Virus record (IMG/VR): IMGVR_UViG_3300031992_000018
Location: 32,001-96,000 of that record
From: a virus
Lineage: Duplodnaviria > Caudoviricetes
Strand: one strand, 5' to 3'
DNA: 64,000 nucleotides
The notes under the pieces were generated by a model that saw only the letters and a list, made by a program, of their open reading frames with translations, searched no databases and was not told where the DNA came from. Position 1 is the stretch's first letter. Every line of letters begins with the position of its first letter. Positions 50,810 through 61,612 of this stretch are shown in pieces. Position numbers and translations under genes: made by a program.

Positions 50810-51251
50810 TGCTCTTTTAAAATATCATATTATTAATTCATTAATTTTTGTTGATGGTAATTATTCAGTTAGTAGAGAATTGAAAGTTAAACTTATAAGG
50901 TATAAGTTCAATTTTAAGAAATTTTTTGATGAATTTAATGAAATACAATCAAAATATGCTGAAGAAGTAAAAACTGATGAATATAATGAACTTGTTTCAA
51001 TTCCAATTAAAGATAGAACAAAAAAACAAGATGATAGACTTGATAAACTTATACAAGAAATAAATTCAGAATATAATTCATTAATAAATCAAAAATTATC
51101 TGAAGAAGTCAATACGGATTGGTATACTCCATTAAATGAAACTGAATTTGATGAATTATTAAATGTAAATATTGAACATAATGTAAATATAAATGGAACT
51201 GAAATAAATGGAACCGATTTTGTTACATTAATTCATGATAATTTATTATAA
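50796..51251 (+). CDS. Helical hypothetical protein
   Basis: Start reassigned to ATG 50796. Confidence 0.65.
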   Translation: MNLNSALLKYHIINSLIFVDGNYSVSRELKVKLIRYKFNFKKFFDEFNEIQSKYAEEVKTDEYNELVSIPIKDRTKKQDDRLDKLIQEINSEYNSLINQKLSEEVNTDWYTPLNETEFDELLNVNIEHNVNINGTEINGTDFVTLIHDNLL

Positions 51252-51286
51252 AAAAAGAAGAGGTTTTGTTAAACCTCTTCTTTTTT
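51251..51286. terminator. Bidirectional terminator
   Basis: AAAAAAGAAGAGGTTT-TGTT-AAACCTCTTCTTTTTT. Confidence 0.9.
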
Positions 51287-51296
51287 GTTTAAAGAT

Positions 51297-53600
51297 TTAT
51301 GTAATTATATATAATGTATGTTGGTCAGTACCAGGAGATGATGCTACTGTAATTTGGTCTATATAATTTGTTTCAGAACTATGTGTAACTATATTATTTG
51401 TATATGTTGTATTTTCTGATTGTCTATTTATTTTACCAGTAATTCTAATATAATTAGAAGACATAACTCCTAAATTTATAGTAGGATTATTTAATGAATT
51501 TCTTGATCCCCAGTTATATGTATTTACTGCAAATAATAAATTAGATGCTTCAGATGTAGAACGTTTAATATATGTAAATAAACCTTCAGTAGATATTTTT
51601 GTATAAGTATTATAAGGTATTCCAGGTCCTGGTACATCAACTGATCCTTCACATATATATGTTGATGAAGCTAATAAATATATATTACCATTTCCAGCAT
51701 CAACATCTATATTATAGTCATCTGATTTTATTTCTATAGGTGCTGAATTTCCATATATATTTATACCATTTGCACCTCCTTCTAAATATAATATATCATC
51801 ATCACTATTAATATTGCCATTATAATCTCCTGTTGAAATTAATCCACCACCACTAAAACTTAATGTATTTCCTGCTGGATTAAATGTAAGACCATTATTT
51901 ACATATGATTTAGCAAGACTTCCTGAAGTTTGATCAGTAAATAAAAAATTATATGATTGATTAGTATTTTTAGTTTCTATTGTAGGATATGTAGTTGGTA
52001 ATGTAGGTAATTTATAAGAATCTACAGTAACTCCAGTTACATGTCCTTTTAAATCTCTTTTTATATTAACACCTGTAACAATTTGAGTTGTACCAAATGT
52101 TGCATCACTTCCACCACTTGCATCAACATTTAATTCTGCTGAACTATTCTCTGCAGGTGTATAGTGACCTTCTAATGATGTTGATACATCTGTCCATGGA
52201 ACATTTACAATTAATTTTCCATCTGGATTTGTTTGTATACCATAATATTTACCAGCAGTAGTTTGTGCACTATTTACATTAACAGCAGATGATGCACTAT
52301 GATAAGTTTTTGCTACACCATATACGGAATTTGTCATTACAGGTATATCACCTGTAACACTAGTTGTAAGTGATCCAGAACGAGATAATGTCATTCTAAC
52401 ACCATTAACTCCACTTGTATTACCGCTAAATGATGCTCCACTTACATATGTATCTGTCCAAGGTACATTAGTATATAAATTACCATTACTAATATCTAGT
52501 TTATAATTTCTAGCAGTTGTATTTGTAGTGTATCCTGTTTTTCCAACACCATATGTTGATGATGTCATTATTGGAATTGTAAAATTAATTGTTTTATTAC
52601 TTGTTAAACTGTCATCACCATTATGAACATGATATGTCAATGTTACTTTATCACCAGCATTGTCATTAGAAGTTACTTCTGCTTTATAAATATATGAATT
52701 AATCCATGGTACATATGTAAATAAATTACCTGCAGATGTAATTTCTGTTTTATATTTTTTTACTGAATTAACATAACCTAATTTTGCTACACCATATGAT
52801 GTTGATGTCATAGGTGGTATAGTAGATGTATGTGAATCATTATAATTTGTAATTATAGATAATTTTCTACCACCACCATCATTTTCATTTTTAAATTCTG
52901 TAATATATGTTTCTTTAATAGTAAATTCATATGCACCTACTACATGACGTTTTGAATCAAGTTTAAGACCATTTAAAATTGATATACCATCTCTAAGATA
53001 ATGAGGATTTGAATCATTTATATTATTAGAAGCTATAAATGATGTTGCTCCTGAACCAGTACGAGCTGTAGGAGATGATGGTATATAGTGTGTTGTTGTA
53101 ATTGAAATATTTGTATCACTTGAAGTTCCACTACCACTTATATCTCCTGATAAAGATATAGCATGAGCAAAATATGATGAATCCTTACTATCAAGTGTAT
53201 CAGCATCATCAGCAGTATTAGCATGATTTACTGATAAACTAGAAGATTTAGTATATGTTATTGTGATTGTTCCATTTGATTTAGTAATATCAGAAACTAA
53301 ATCTTGTCCGGATGATTTTGTACCAGATAATGTATCAACAGCATATCCTTTACTTACAGTAATAGTATAAGCATTATTATCATTTGATATAGATACTCCA
53401 TTTACAAAATTACCTGTTCCACTAGAACTTATTGAAATAGATCTTGAATATCCATATTCTTCACCATGTGTCCATATAGAATGTCTTTTATTATCAAATA
53501 CTAAAGAATTTGATGTATCAGCATCTAATGTTTTTATTTTATTATAGGTTGTTGAATATGAACCATCACCATTATAAGTATTAAATACATTACTTGCCAT
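51297..53600 (-). CDS. Tail fibre protein
   Basis: S/T/G-rich. SIWTHGEEYG N-domain, ADDADTLD, D.K.HV.G knots, three MT...YGV.K...G.L..NVPW repeats. Confidence 0.8.
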   Translation of the reverse strand: MASNVFNTYNGDGSYSTTYNKIKTLDADTSNSLVFDNKRHSIWTHGEEYGYSRSISISSSGTGNFVNGVSISNDNNAYTITVSKGYAVDTLSGTKSSGQDLVSDITKSNGTITITYTKSSSLSVNHANTADDADTLDSKDSSYFAHAISLSGDISGSGTSSDTNISITTTHYIPSSPTARTGSGATSFIASNNINDSNPHYLRDGISILNGLKLDSKRHVVGAYEFTIKETYITEFKNENDGGGRKLSIITNYNDSHTSTIPPMTSTSYGVAKLGYVNSVKKYKTEITSAGNLFTYVPWINSYIYKAEVTSNDNAGDKVTLTYHVHNGDDSLTSNKTINFTIPIMTSSTYGVGKTGYTTNTTARNYKLDISNGNLYTNVPWTDTYVSGASFSGNTSGVNGVRMTLSRSGSLTTSVTGDIPVMTNSVYGVAKTYHSASSAVNVNSAQTTAGKYYGIQTNPDGKLIVNVPWTDVSTSLEGHYTPAENSSAELNVDASGGSDATFGTTQIVTGVNIKRDLKGHVTGVTVDSYKLPTLPTTYPTIETKNTNQSYNFLFTDQTSGSLAKSYVNNGLTFNPAGNTLSFSGGGLISTGDYNGNINSDDDILYLEGGANGINIYGNSAPIEIKSDDYNIDVDAGNGNIYLLASSTYICEGSVDVPGPGIPYNTYTKISTEGLFTYIKRSTSEASNLLFAVNTYNWGSRNSLNNPTINLGVMSSNYIRITGKINRQSENTTYTNNIVTHSSETNYIDQITVASSPGTDQHTLYIIT

Positions 53601-53628
53601 ATATTACTATATTAATTATATAAACCTT

Positions 53629-53690
53629 TATACATAAAAATAATTTTTTAAGTGAAATAATTATATAAATATCTATAAATATCTATATTA
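53629..53690. promoter_or_regulatory. Divergent class L (-, 53642-53629) and class E (+, 53683) promoters
   Basis: TATTTTTATGTATA on the minus strand and CTATATTA on the plus strand. Confidence 0.6.
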
Positions 53691-53716
53691 AATTATAAAA
53701 TAATCAATTTTAGTAA

Positions 53717-54415
53717 ATGAAAATTTTAAACGAATTCGGTATTAAACCTACAAGAACTGGTCGTGCTGCTGGTTATGATTTCTTTATTCCTAATATTAAA
53801 ACTTCTGTAGAAGAAGGTAAAAATATTTTAGAAGCATTTTCAAAATCTTATAATAAAAGTGTAGATGAATTAAATAATCTTATTAATGATTTATATCTTC
53901 AGATTTCTGCTACTTATGGTGAAGATAAAATTAATGGTAATGAATTAAATATTCTTCATCTTTATCTTGCTATTGATTCTGTTTCATTAAAAAGTGTTGA
54001 TGATTCAATTGAAACATTTGTAGATAATTATCTTGTTTATGATAAGAATGGAAATCCTGGTATTAAGCCTCGTGTTCTTGATCATGTAAAATTTAATTCT
54101 GGTATTCATACTCTTTTAAATAGAGGTACTGCTGGTATATTCTTTAATAAGAGTGGTAAAGGTGTAAAGGGTTGGGATATTAGAGCTTGTGTTGTTGATG
54201 ATGATTATGCTGGTTTTGTTCATCTTTCAATGAGTTATACAAAAATTAATGATGAAGATGGTATTATTTATGTTGGTGATAAATTAACTCAGATGGTAAT
54301 TCTTAAGGTTGAACAAGATGATGTTGAAGAAATTGATGCTGAAACTTATAATAAAGCAATGAGTGATTCAGAGCGTGGTTCAGATGGTTTTGGTTCAAGT
54401 GATGTAAAACATTAA
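53717..54415 (+). CDS. dut: Trimeric dUTPase with large insertion
   Basis: Motifs AGYD, NKSG, VVDDDYAG, GDKLTQ and RGSDGFGSS. Confidence 0.9.
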   Translation: MKILNEFGIKPTRTGRAAGYDFFIPNIKTSVEEGKNILEAFSKSYNKSVDELNNLINDLYLQISATYGEDKINGNELNILHLYLAIDSVSLKSVDDSIETFVDNYLVYDKNGNPGIKPRVLDHVKFNSGIHTLLNRGTAGIFFNKSGKGVKGWDIRACVVDDDYAGFVHLSMSYTKINDEDGIIYVGDKLTQMVILKVEQDDVEEIDAETYNKAMSDSERGSDGFGSSDVKH

Positions 54416-54438
54416 AATATTTATTATTTATAATATTT

Positions 54439-54480
54439 AAAAGACTGATATTTTATCAGTCTTTTTTATTTTTATATATA
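54439..54480 (+). terminator. Terminator fused to class L promoter
   Basis: AAAAGACTGATA-TTT-TATCAGTCTTTT runs into TATTTTTATATATA (54467-54480). Confidence 0.8.
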
Positions 54481-54498
54481 ATATATTTGTTTTTATTA

Positions 54499-57400
54499 AT
54501 GGCTAAACATAGAGATTTTGGTACAATAAGAGTAAGAATACAATTACCTTCAACTGATGAACAGAAGGCAATAGTAGGAAGTATGCCTGATAATTTACAA
54601 AAAATAGGTGCAGATATTGATAGTGCTATGTTAGCTATTATTACCGGAGATACATCTAAAAAACCTAATATCGGTGATATTGCTAAAGGATTTACTATCG
54701 GTAAAGATGGTACATTATTTAGTAATATAAAAAATATTAATGAAGAAATTACACAAATAAAAACTGAATTAACTAATAGTAATAAAACATTATCAGATAT
54801 ATATGGTTTACTTAATTCAATTACTACTAAAGAAAATCCAGAATCAAAAAAATCATCTGTTCTTATTGTTGATACAACAAAGGCAAATAATTTAGAACAA
54901 ATTCTTGGAGAGGTAAAAAATCTTGCTAATAATTCAAATGAAGTTGATTTAGATGGTTTTATTAACATTGAAAAATTCTTTATAATGTTAAATGAACTAA
55001 CTAATGAAAATGGTATAATAACTCAAGCAGTAAATAATACAAATAATATACCTAATTTATCTAAAAAGGCAAATAAAAATATTCATACATTAACATCTTT
55101 ATTTACTGCTATTAATAATTTAATTGTAATAGATTCTAATAAAATAAAAAGTAGTAGTGATGAACTTAAAGCTAGTATTGAATATTTAAATAAAATATTA
55201 GAAGATATATCAAAGCTTGACATTGATGATAATATTAAAAATGTCAAGAAAACATTTGATTCTATAAAGAGTTTATATGATGATAATGTTAAAGTAACTG
55301 CTGAAGCAGTAAAAAATCATACAGCAGACCTAAATACTATAAAATTAGGTCTTGATCAATCATATGAAACAGTTATAACATCTCATGATAGAATGAGTGA
55401 TTTAGATATTGATGATATAGAATTAACTGCTGGTGATGTCGCAGGTGCTATTGCTTTATTAGGTGTAGTTATGCTTATTGGTGGAGCAATAATAAAGAAT
55501 AATCCAGACTTAATTCTTGAATCAGTAAAATTTGGTGCTGTATTAACTACTTTCTTATTAGAATTAAGTATACCTATTGCTGTTATTGGTGTAATAAATA
55601 ATAGACTTGACGCATCTTTTGATTCTTTAGCTGAATTAACTGTTTTTATAACAATTGCATCATTTGTAATGTTTATTGGCGCATTAGTTGTTCAAAATAA
55701 GAGATTAGTTATTAATTCATTATTATTTGGTACGGTTTTCTCAATATTTTTATTTGTAACTCTTGGAGCTATTAATATTGCTACAAAAAATATTACTCCT
55801 GAACTATTCAAAGATATTCATAAATTATCTTGGTTAATCATTACATGTACATTTGTAATGTTGATTGCTACTAAATTTGTTGAATCAAAAGAAATATGGG
55901 CTAATGCTTTACTATTTGGAATAATATTAGGAGGTTTTATCATTGCTGTATTATTACCATTTGCTTTATATGGTAGATTATTTAAAAAGACAATAGAGAT
56001 AGCATCAGGTGCTGTACAATTAATTTTAGTATGTACACTAATAATGGTTATTGCAGCATATTTTGTTAAAACAAAAGAAATATGGGAAAATTCATTAAGA
56101 TTTAGTGGTTTATTATTTGTATTTATATTTGCTACTACTGCACCACTATTATTCTTTGCTCTTCTTAAAGAAAAAGCATATGAAGCTATAGATTCTTATA
56201 GAAGATTTATAGTTACATCATTAATTATAATGACATTAGGTATCATCTTTATGAATATTAAAGGTGGTAAATATGCTATTGATGCTTTACAATTTGGTGC
56301 TTTATTAGGAGCATTTATATTTGCAACATTATTACCTGTTCTTTTATTTATTCCTTTACAGAAGAAAGCAACATCAACAATATTAGTTATAACTTTATTT
56401 GTATTAAGTTGTGCTGCTATATTATTTATGGCTGCTACTATTATTGAAAGTGGTACATGGAAAGCTGCATTATTATTTAGTGTAGCAATGGGATTATTTA
56501 TTACATCAATATTATTACCATTTAAGAAAGGTGTTAATGAAAGTATTACTAGAGCAACATTAGCTATTTTATCATTAAGTGTTTTAGTATTTGTTTCAGG
56601 ATATACTATAAAAATGGTAGCAGAAACTGTTAAAGATAATGGTTGGGGTAAAACTTTAATAGGTGCTGGTATTTTTGTTGCAACATTACTTATTTTAGTT
56701 GGAGGAATTGTATTTATATCTTCACTTATTGAAAATAATATAAATCCAAATAAAGTAAAAGCAATTTCATTTACTTTATTATCTATATCAGTTCTTATAC
56801 TTATAACTTCATATTCTTTATCATTATTGAAGAAATCTGGAATTGAATTAGCAGATATTGGAAAATTTGCTATTTTAAACGCTATTGTTATTGCAATGGT
56901 TGGTTTAATAGTTTGGATTTCAAGTAAAGCAGATTTTAATAACGTTAAAAATACTATAATGATAATGGGAGCAATTAGTCTTACATTATTAGTTATTGTT
57001 GGTACATTATGGTTATTAAAGAAAGCTGAAATTACAAAAGAACATTTAATACAAATTGGACTTATAGCTGCTGGTATTACAGTAATGCTTGCTATTATTA
57101 TGGTTATATCAATGATACCTGCTAAAAGAGTTTTAGAAGCAAGTAAAATAATGTTTGGAATAACATTTGTATTAGCTTTAGCAGTTGGTGCAATATGGTT
57201 AATGAAGAAAGCTAAAATTGATGAAACAGATTTAAAAAGAATTGGACTTATAGCTGGCGGTATTACTGTAATGACAGGTATTATAATGGCAATTAGTTTA
57301 ATACCAGCAAAAAATACAGAAGCAGCTATTGGTATAATGCTTTCTATAGGTATTACATTAGCTTTAGTGGTTGGAGCAATATGGTTAATGAAAACTGCTC

Positions 57401-60400
57401 AAATTAAAGAAGAAGATCTTAAATTAATAGGATGTATAGCTGGTGGTATTACTATAATGACAAGTATTATTATGGGATTATCAGCAATAAAATCAGTTGA
57501 TGCTAAAAAAGCTATATTAATTTTAGCTAGTATTACTATATGTTTAGTAGGATTAGTTTTAACTTTAGCATATTTAGCTAATTCTGGTATTGATTGGAAA
57601 CATATTTGGATGTTATATGCTATTGAAGGAGCTGTTGTAGTTTTAACTGCTATTACAATAGGTATTGGAATATTACTTGAAAAAGTAAAAGATAAAGGAA
57701 AATTTTATGAAAGTTTATTTATAGTTTCTTTAATGACAGCTTGTGTTATTGGATTAGCTCTTGGTATTTCAGAAATAGCAAAAGCTGGTGTTGAATGGAA
57801 ACATGTTTTAATGTTAGGTGCTCTTGAATTAGCTGTTGTAGCTTTAGTTGGTTTAGTTTTTGCTATTGGTGCTATAACTTCAATTCCAGGAGTAAAAACA
57901 TTATTAGCAATTGGTGCAGTTATTATTGCAGCAGCTGTTGGTGTAGTTTTATTAATAGGTATTGCTATAAGAAAAATAGCAGATGCAGCAAAAGAAGCAG
58001 ATGAAGTAAAACATCCAGAATCAATAGGTCTTGTTTTATCAGCATTTTTTAATTCATTTAAAGATTTAAGTTTAGGTAGTACATTAAAATTAGCTTTATT
58101 TGGTAAAAAAATAGCTAAAACAGTTAATAGATTAGTTGAACCAATTTCAAAGATTGTTGAAATTATAAAAAATATATCATCATTAAATGTTCCTACTGGT
58201 TTTGATAAAAATGGTAATCCAACAGGATATACACGTTTAACTCCAGAAGAATTTAAAAAAACTGCAAGTAATATAACAGATATACTTATGGTTATTCCAA
58301 ATGGTGTTGCACCAGCTGCTAAAAGTATAAAGAAATTTGTAAAGAGTAATAAAAAAACAGATAATTTATTAGAAGTAATTAGTAATATGGGCGAAATTAT
58401 TTCTAATATAGCTAAAGGTGTTCAATCATATGCTAATTTAGCAATACCTTCCGGATGGGATGAAAATTGTAAACCAACTGGTTATAGATTAATGAATGAA
58501 CAAGATTTTATAAATGCTGGAAATAGTATAAAACAAATACTTATAATAATACCAGAAGCTATAAAAAATACTTATGGTGATTTAAAGAAATTAATAAAGA
58601 ATAATGAAATTGACAGTGTTATAAAAACTTGTGTAAGTATTGGTGATATTATTGGTAATATAGCTAAAGGTGTTCAATCATATGCTAAATTATTAATTCC
58701 AAAAGATTATGATGAAAATGGTAAGCCTAAAAGATATGAATTAATGACAAAAAAAGATTTTAAGGATGCTGGTGAGGCAATTTCAGAAATTATGCTTACA
58801 ATGACAAAAGGTGTTATTAATGCATATAAAGAATATGAAACTATAATGACACCAAGCAAATTCAAGAAAATTATTAAATCATTTTCTCCTATTGGTGAAT
58901 TAATATCTAATATGAGTAAAGGTATTAAAGATATAATTGAATTAGAAATACCTATATATGATGAAAATGGTAATGTTGTTGGTAAGCAAAAATTAAATGA
59001 AAATGACTTTACTGATTTAAAAACTAATCTTAATATATTAATGACAGGAACATCACAATCAATTGTTGATATTGCTGACAATATGAAGAATAGTGATTTA
59101 GATCCTAGTTCTAAAAAGTTCAAAGCTATTATTGAATCATTTGTACCAATTGGAGAATTTATTTCTAAATTAGCAACTGGTATAAAAGATTATGCGTCAG
59201 CAACTTATACAGATGAAAATGGTAAGAAGATTCATGTTACTCCAGAATATATACAAGAAGCTGGAACTAATATATCTACATTATTAACAACTGTAACAAA
59301 TTCATTAATAGATTATTATAATGATCCTAAATATACAAAGTTATTTGATAAAGATATTATTAAAAATATAGGAACACAATATAAAGAAATTACAGAAGTT
59401 ATAAGTTCAATAATTGATTCTATTAAGAAAATAGGAGAAATTAAAAATGATATTATAATAACTAGTCTTAATAATTTAAATACAATATTTAATGGAACAA
59501 AGAAAGATAAATCAGATAGTTTAATAAATATTATATGCTCAGCATTTAGTGATAATATAAGTTATGATTCAAATAAATTAAAAACTATACAAACTATATT
59601 TACAGATTTATTTGATACTATTAATATATTAAATAAAAATTTAACTGAGAATGAAATTAAAAATATTCCAGAACAAAAAATTATAGCTATTATTGATAGT
59701 ATTACTAATATAATTAATAAATTTAAACCTGGAGATAGTTTTTGGGATGATAATAAGAATGTATTAAATATTGCAAATAAGTTTAAAACATTTGATTTAA
59801 TAAATGGTTATATATCATCATCTATAAAGAAAATTAGTAAATTAATAGATAATATAGATAAATTAAATATTAATAATTTATATTATGAAGAAGTAAATGA
59901 TGAAAATAAAGAAACTAAAAATAAAATTAATAAAATTACTAAAGTATTAAATTCTATTAGTAATATTACTAATATATTAAATTCAAACACAAATGTAAAA
60001 ATAGATAGAGAAAAAATAAATAAATTAAAAAAGGAACTTGGTTTAATAGATAATTTAATAGATGTCTTAAAGAATTCTTTTAAAAAACTTAATAAATTTA
60101 ATAAGGCATATGAAACTGATAATAATTTTGATAATATTTCCATAGCTATTAAAAAGTTTAATATTGCTTTTGCTAATATTAAGAAAGAATTAGAAGGAGA
60201 TCCTAAAAATAATATTCCAGGATTATCTAATGAATCAATTAAAAATTTAGCTAAGTTAGAATATAAAGTTGAAACATTTAGTAATATTGTTAGAGACCTT
60301 ATAAAAGCATCTTCTGATTCAATAAAGAATCCTAAGTTATTTGAACAAATTGGACAAGGTATTTCAACAATAAATAGTAAATTAAATGAAGTAAATAGTA

Positions 60401-60789
60401 ATAATGCTGAAAAGATTGATAATGAAGTTAGATCATTAGATAAATTTGTAAAATCAGTTGATAGAATTGATTTAGTTAAAGTTACAAAAATGACAAGTCT
60501 TATGGAAGCAATGAGTAATTTAGCTGATAAGATGGGTGGTTTTGATAAACTTGCTGAATTATTAGATGGTGATTTTATAGAAATACTTACTAAACTTAAT
60601 GATACAGTTAATGAAGCAAAACAAAGTATAGAAACATCAGAACGTATTAATAAGCAAAGACAGCAAGAATTAAAGAAGAATATTGAAGAATTCAGTAAAC
60701 TTATGGATAAGAATATTGTTGTTGGAGTAAGTGAACTTGATAAAGATGGTAATCTTAAAGTAAGTTCAGAAAAAATAAAAAAGAGTTAA
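54499..60789 (+). CDS. Tape measure protein (about 2096 aa)
   Basis: Very long helical protein with a hydrophobic repeat core, upstream of a tube-like gene. Start at ATG 54499. Confidence 0.7.
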   Translation: MAKHRDFGTIRVRIQLPSTDEQKAIVGSMPDNLQKIGADIDSAMLAIITGDTSKKPNIGDIAKGFTIGKDGTLFSNIKNINEEITQIKTELTNSNKTLSDIYGLLNSITTKENPESKKSSVLIVDTTKANNLEQILGEVKNLANNSNEVDLDGFINIEKFFIMLNELTNENGIITQAVNNTNNIPNLSKKANKNIHTLTSLFTAINNLIVIDSNKIKSSSDELKASIEYLNKILEDISKLDIDDNIKNVKKTFDSIKSLYDDNVKVTAEAVKNHTADLNTIKLGLDQSYETVITSHDRMSDLDIDDIELTAGDVAGAIALLGVVMLIGGAIIKNNPDLILESVKFGAVLTTFLLELSIPIAVIGVINNRLDASFDSLAELTVFITIASFVMFIGALVVQNKRLVINSLLFGTVFSIFLFVTLGAINIATKNITPELFKDIHKLSWLIITCTFVMLIATKFVESKEIWANALLFGIILGGFIIAVLLPFALYGRLFKKTIEIASGAVQLILVCTLIMVIAAYFVKTKEIWENSLRFSGLLFVFIFATTAPLLFFALLKEKAYEAIDSYRRFIVTSLIIMTLGIIFMNIKGGKYAIDALQFGALLGAFIFATLLPVLLFIPLQKKATSTILVITLFVLSCAAILFMAATIIESGTWKAALLFSVAMGLFITSILLPFKKGVNESITRATLAILSLSVLVFVSGYTIKMVAETVKDNGWGKTLIGAGIFVATLLILVGGIVFISSLIENNINPNKVKAISFTLLSISVLILITSYSLSLLKKSGIELADIGKFAILNAIVIAMVGLIVWISSKADFNNVKNTIMIMGAISLTLLVIVGTLWLLKKAEITKEHLIQIGLIAAGITVMLAIIMVISMIPAKRVLEASKIMFGITFVLALAVGAIWLMKKAKIDETDLKRIGLIAGGITVMTGIIMAISLIPAKNTEAAIGIMLSIGITLALVVGAIWLMKTAQIKEEDLKLIGCIAGGITIMTSIIMGLSAIKSVDAKKAILILASITICLVGLVLTLAYLANSGIDWKHIWMLYAIEGAVVVLTAITIGIGILLEKVKDKGKFYESLFIVSLMTACVIGLALGISEIAKAGVEWKHVLMLGALELAVVALVGLVFAIGAITSIPGVKTLLAIGAVIIAAAVGVVLLIGIAIRKIADAAKEADEVKHPESIGLVLSAFFNSFKDLSLGSTLKLALFGKKIAKTVNRLVEPISKIVEIIKNISSLNVPTGFDKNGNPTGYTRLTPEEFKKTASNITDILMVIPNGVAPAAKSIKKFVKSNKKTDNLLEVISNMGEIISNIAKGVQSYANLAIPSGWDENCKPTGYRLMNEQDFINAGNSIKQILIIIPEAIKNTYGDLKKLIKNNEIDSVIKTCVSIGDIIGNIAKGVQSYAKLLIPKDYDENGKPKRYELMTKKDFKDAGEAISEIMLTMTKGVINAYKEYETIMTPSKFKKIIKSFSPIGELISNMSKGIKDIIELEIPIYDENGNVVGKQKLNENDFTDLKTNLNILMTGTSQSIVDIADNMKNSDLDPSSKKFKAIIESFVPIGEFISKLATGIKDYASATYTDENGKKIHVTPEYIQEAGTNISTLLTTVTNSLIDYYNDPKYTKLFDKDIIKNIGTQYKEITEVISSIIDSIKKIGEIKNDIIITSLNNLNTIFNGTKKDKSDSLINIICSAFSDNISYDSNKLKTIQTIFTDLFDTINILNKNLTENEIKNIPEQKIIAIIDSITNIINKFKPGDSFWDDNKNVLNIANKFKTFDLINGYISSSIKKISKLIDNIDKLNINNLYYEEVNDENKETKNKINKITKVLNSISNITNILNSNTNVKIDREKINKLKKELGLIDNLIDVLKNSFKKLNKFNKAYETDNNFDNISIAIKKFNIAFANIKKELEGDPKNNIPGLSNESIKNLAKLEYKVETFSNIVRDLIKASSDSIKNPKLFEQIGQGISTINSKLNEVNSNNAEKIDNEVRSLDKFVKSVDRIDLVKVTKMTSLMEAMSNLADKMGGFDKLAELLDGDFIEILTKLNDTVNEAKQSIETSERINKQRQQELKKNIEEFSKLMDKNIVVGVSELDKDGNLKVSSEKIKKS

Positions 60790-60792
60790 TGT

Positions 60793-60963
60793 ATGAAAGT
60801 ATTTAATATATATCATAAAAATGAAAAATTAAATCATAGACCATTAACAGATAAAGATGTATTAGGTATTAAAGAAAAGAATTTTATTTTAAAAAAAGAA
60901 AATAATAGAATTGTAAAAATACCTTTACAAGAAATAAAAATAATTAAATGTACATTAATATAA
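60793..60963 (+). CDS. Hypothetical protein (56 aa)
   Basis: Fills the gap exactly. Confidence 0.55.
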   Translation: MKVFNIYHKNEKLNHRPLTDKDVLGIKEKNFILKKENNRIVKIPLQEIKIIKCTLI

Positions 60964-60964
60964 T

Positions 60965-61612
60965 ATGTTTACACTAAGAGGAAGACAAGATAATTTTAGG
61001 TTAATATTTCCTAAAGAGTTTATTGTACCAGAAATTGAAGAGAAATATGCAAAAATACTTCAAGATAAACATAGTTTTATATATACACCGATTGACTTTG
61101 TAAATGAAACAATACAGAGTGTACAAGTATTAGGTTTTCAAGAAGCTACTGTTGAACAACTTCAACCTGGTAGAGGAACATATACAGATAATCCAAATAG
61201 AATTAATCAGAATAGATTTATGCATACTACATCAAGTGTAAATTATCGTTCTGAGAAAAATCCAATTGATTTAATTGATAAGACTCTTAATGTACAATTC
61301 AGGCATACTCTTGGATTTGTTAATTATTTTTTATTATTTGAGAATTTCTTTTATCTTTATGCTAGAGATACTAAATATGATCAAATGATTCCAAATTTAT
61401 TTATAGATATAATGGATAATATTGGAAATGTATATTCTAGAATAGAAATCATTAAACCAATAATTAGTGGTATTGATATGCTTGATTTAAATTTTACACA
61501 GCCTCTTGCACAAAGTCAGACATTCAAAATTGAATTTAAATATTCTAATTTAGATTTCCAATTTATATCTAATGATGATTCACAAGAAAAAAATGTAATT
61601 ACTTATATTTAA
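60965..61612 (+). CDS. Tail tube-fold protein (gp19/gp3-like)
   Basis: IQSVQVLG, LNVQF, IDMLDLNF...QTFKIEFKY, next to the tape measure. Confidence 0.55.
   Translation: MFTLRGRQDNFRLIFPKEFIVPEIEEKYAKILQDKHSFIYTPIDFVNETIQSVQVLGFQEATVEQLQPGRGTYTDNPNRINQNRFMHTTSSVNYRSEKNPIDLIDKTLNVQFRHTLGFVNYFLLFENFFYLYARDTKYDQMIPNLFIDIMDNIGNVYSRIEIIKPIISGIDMLDLNFTQPLAQSQTFKIEFKYSNLDFQFISNDDSQEKNVITYI

Noticed and set aside
53717-54415. Intein in dUTPase
   Set aside because: Insert lacks an N-terminal Cys/Ser block and a terminal His-Asn.
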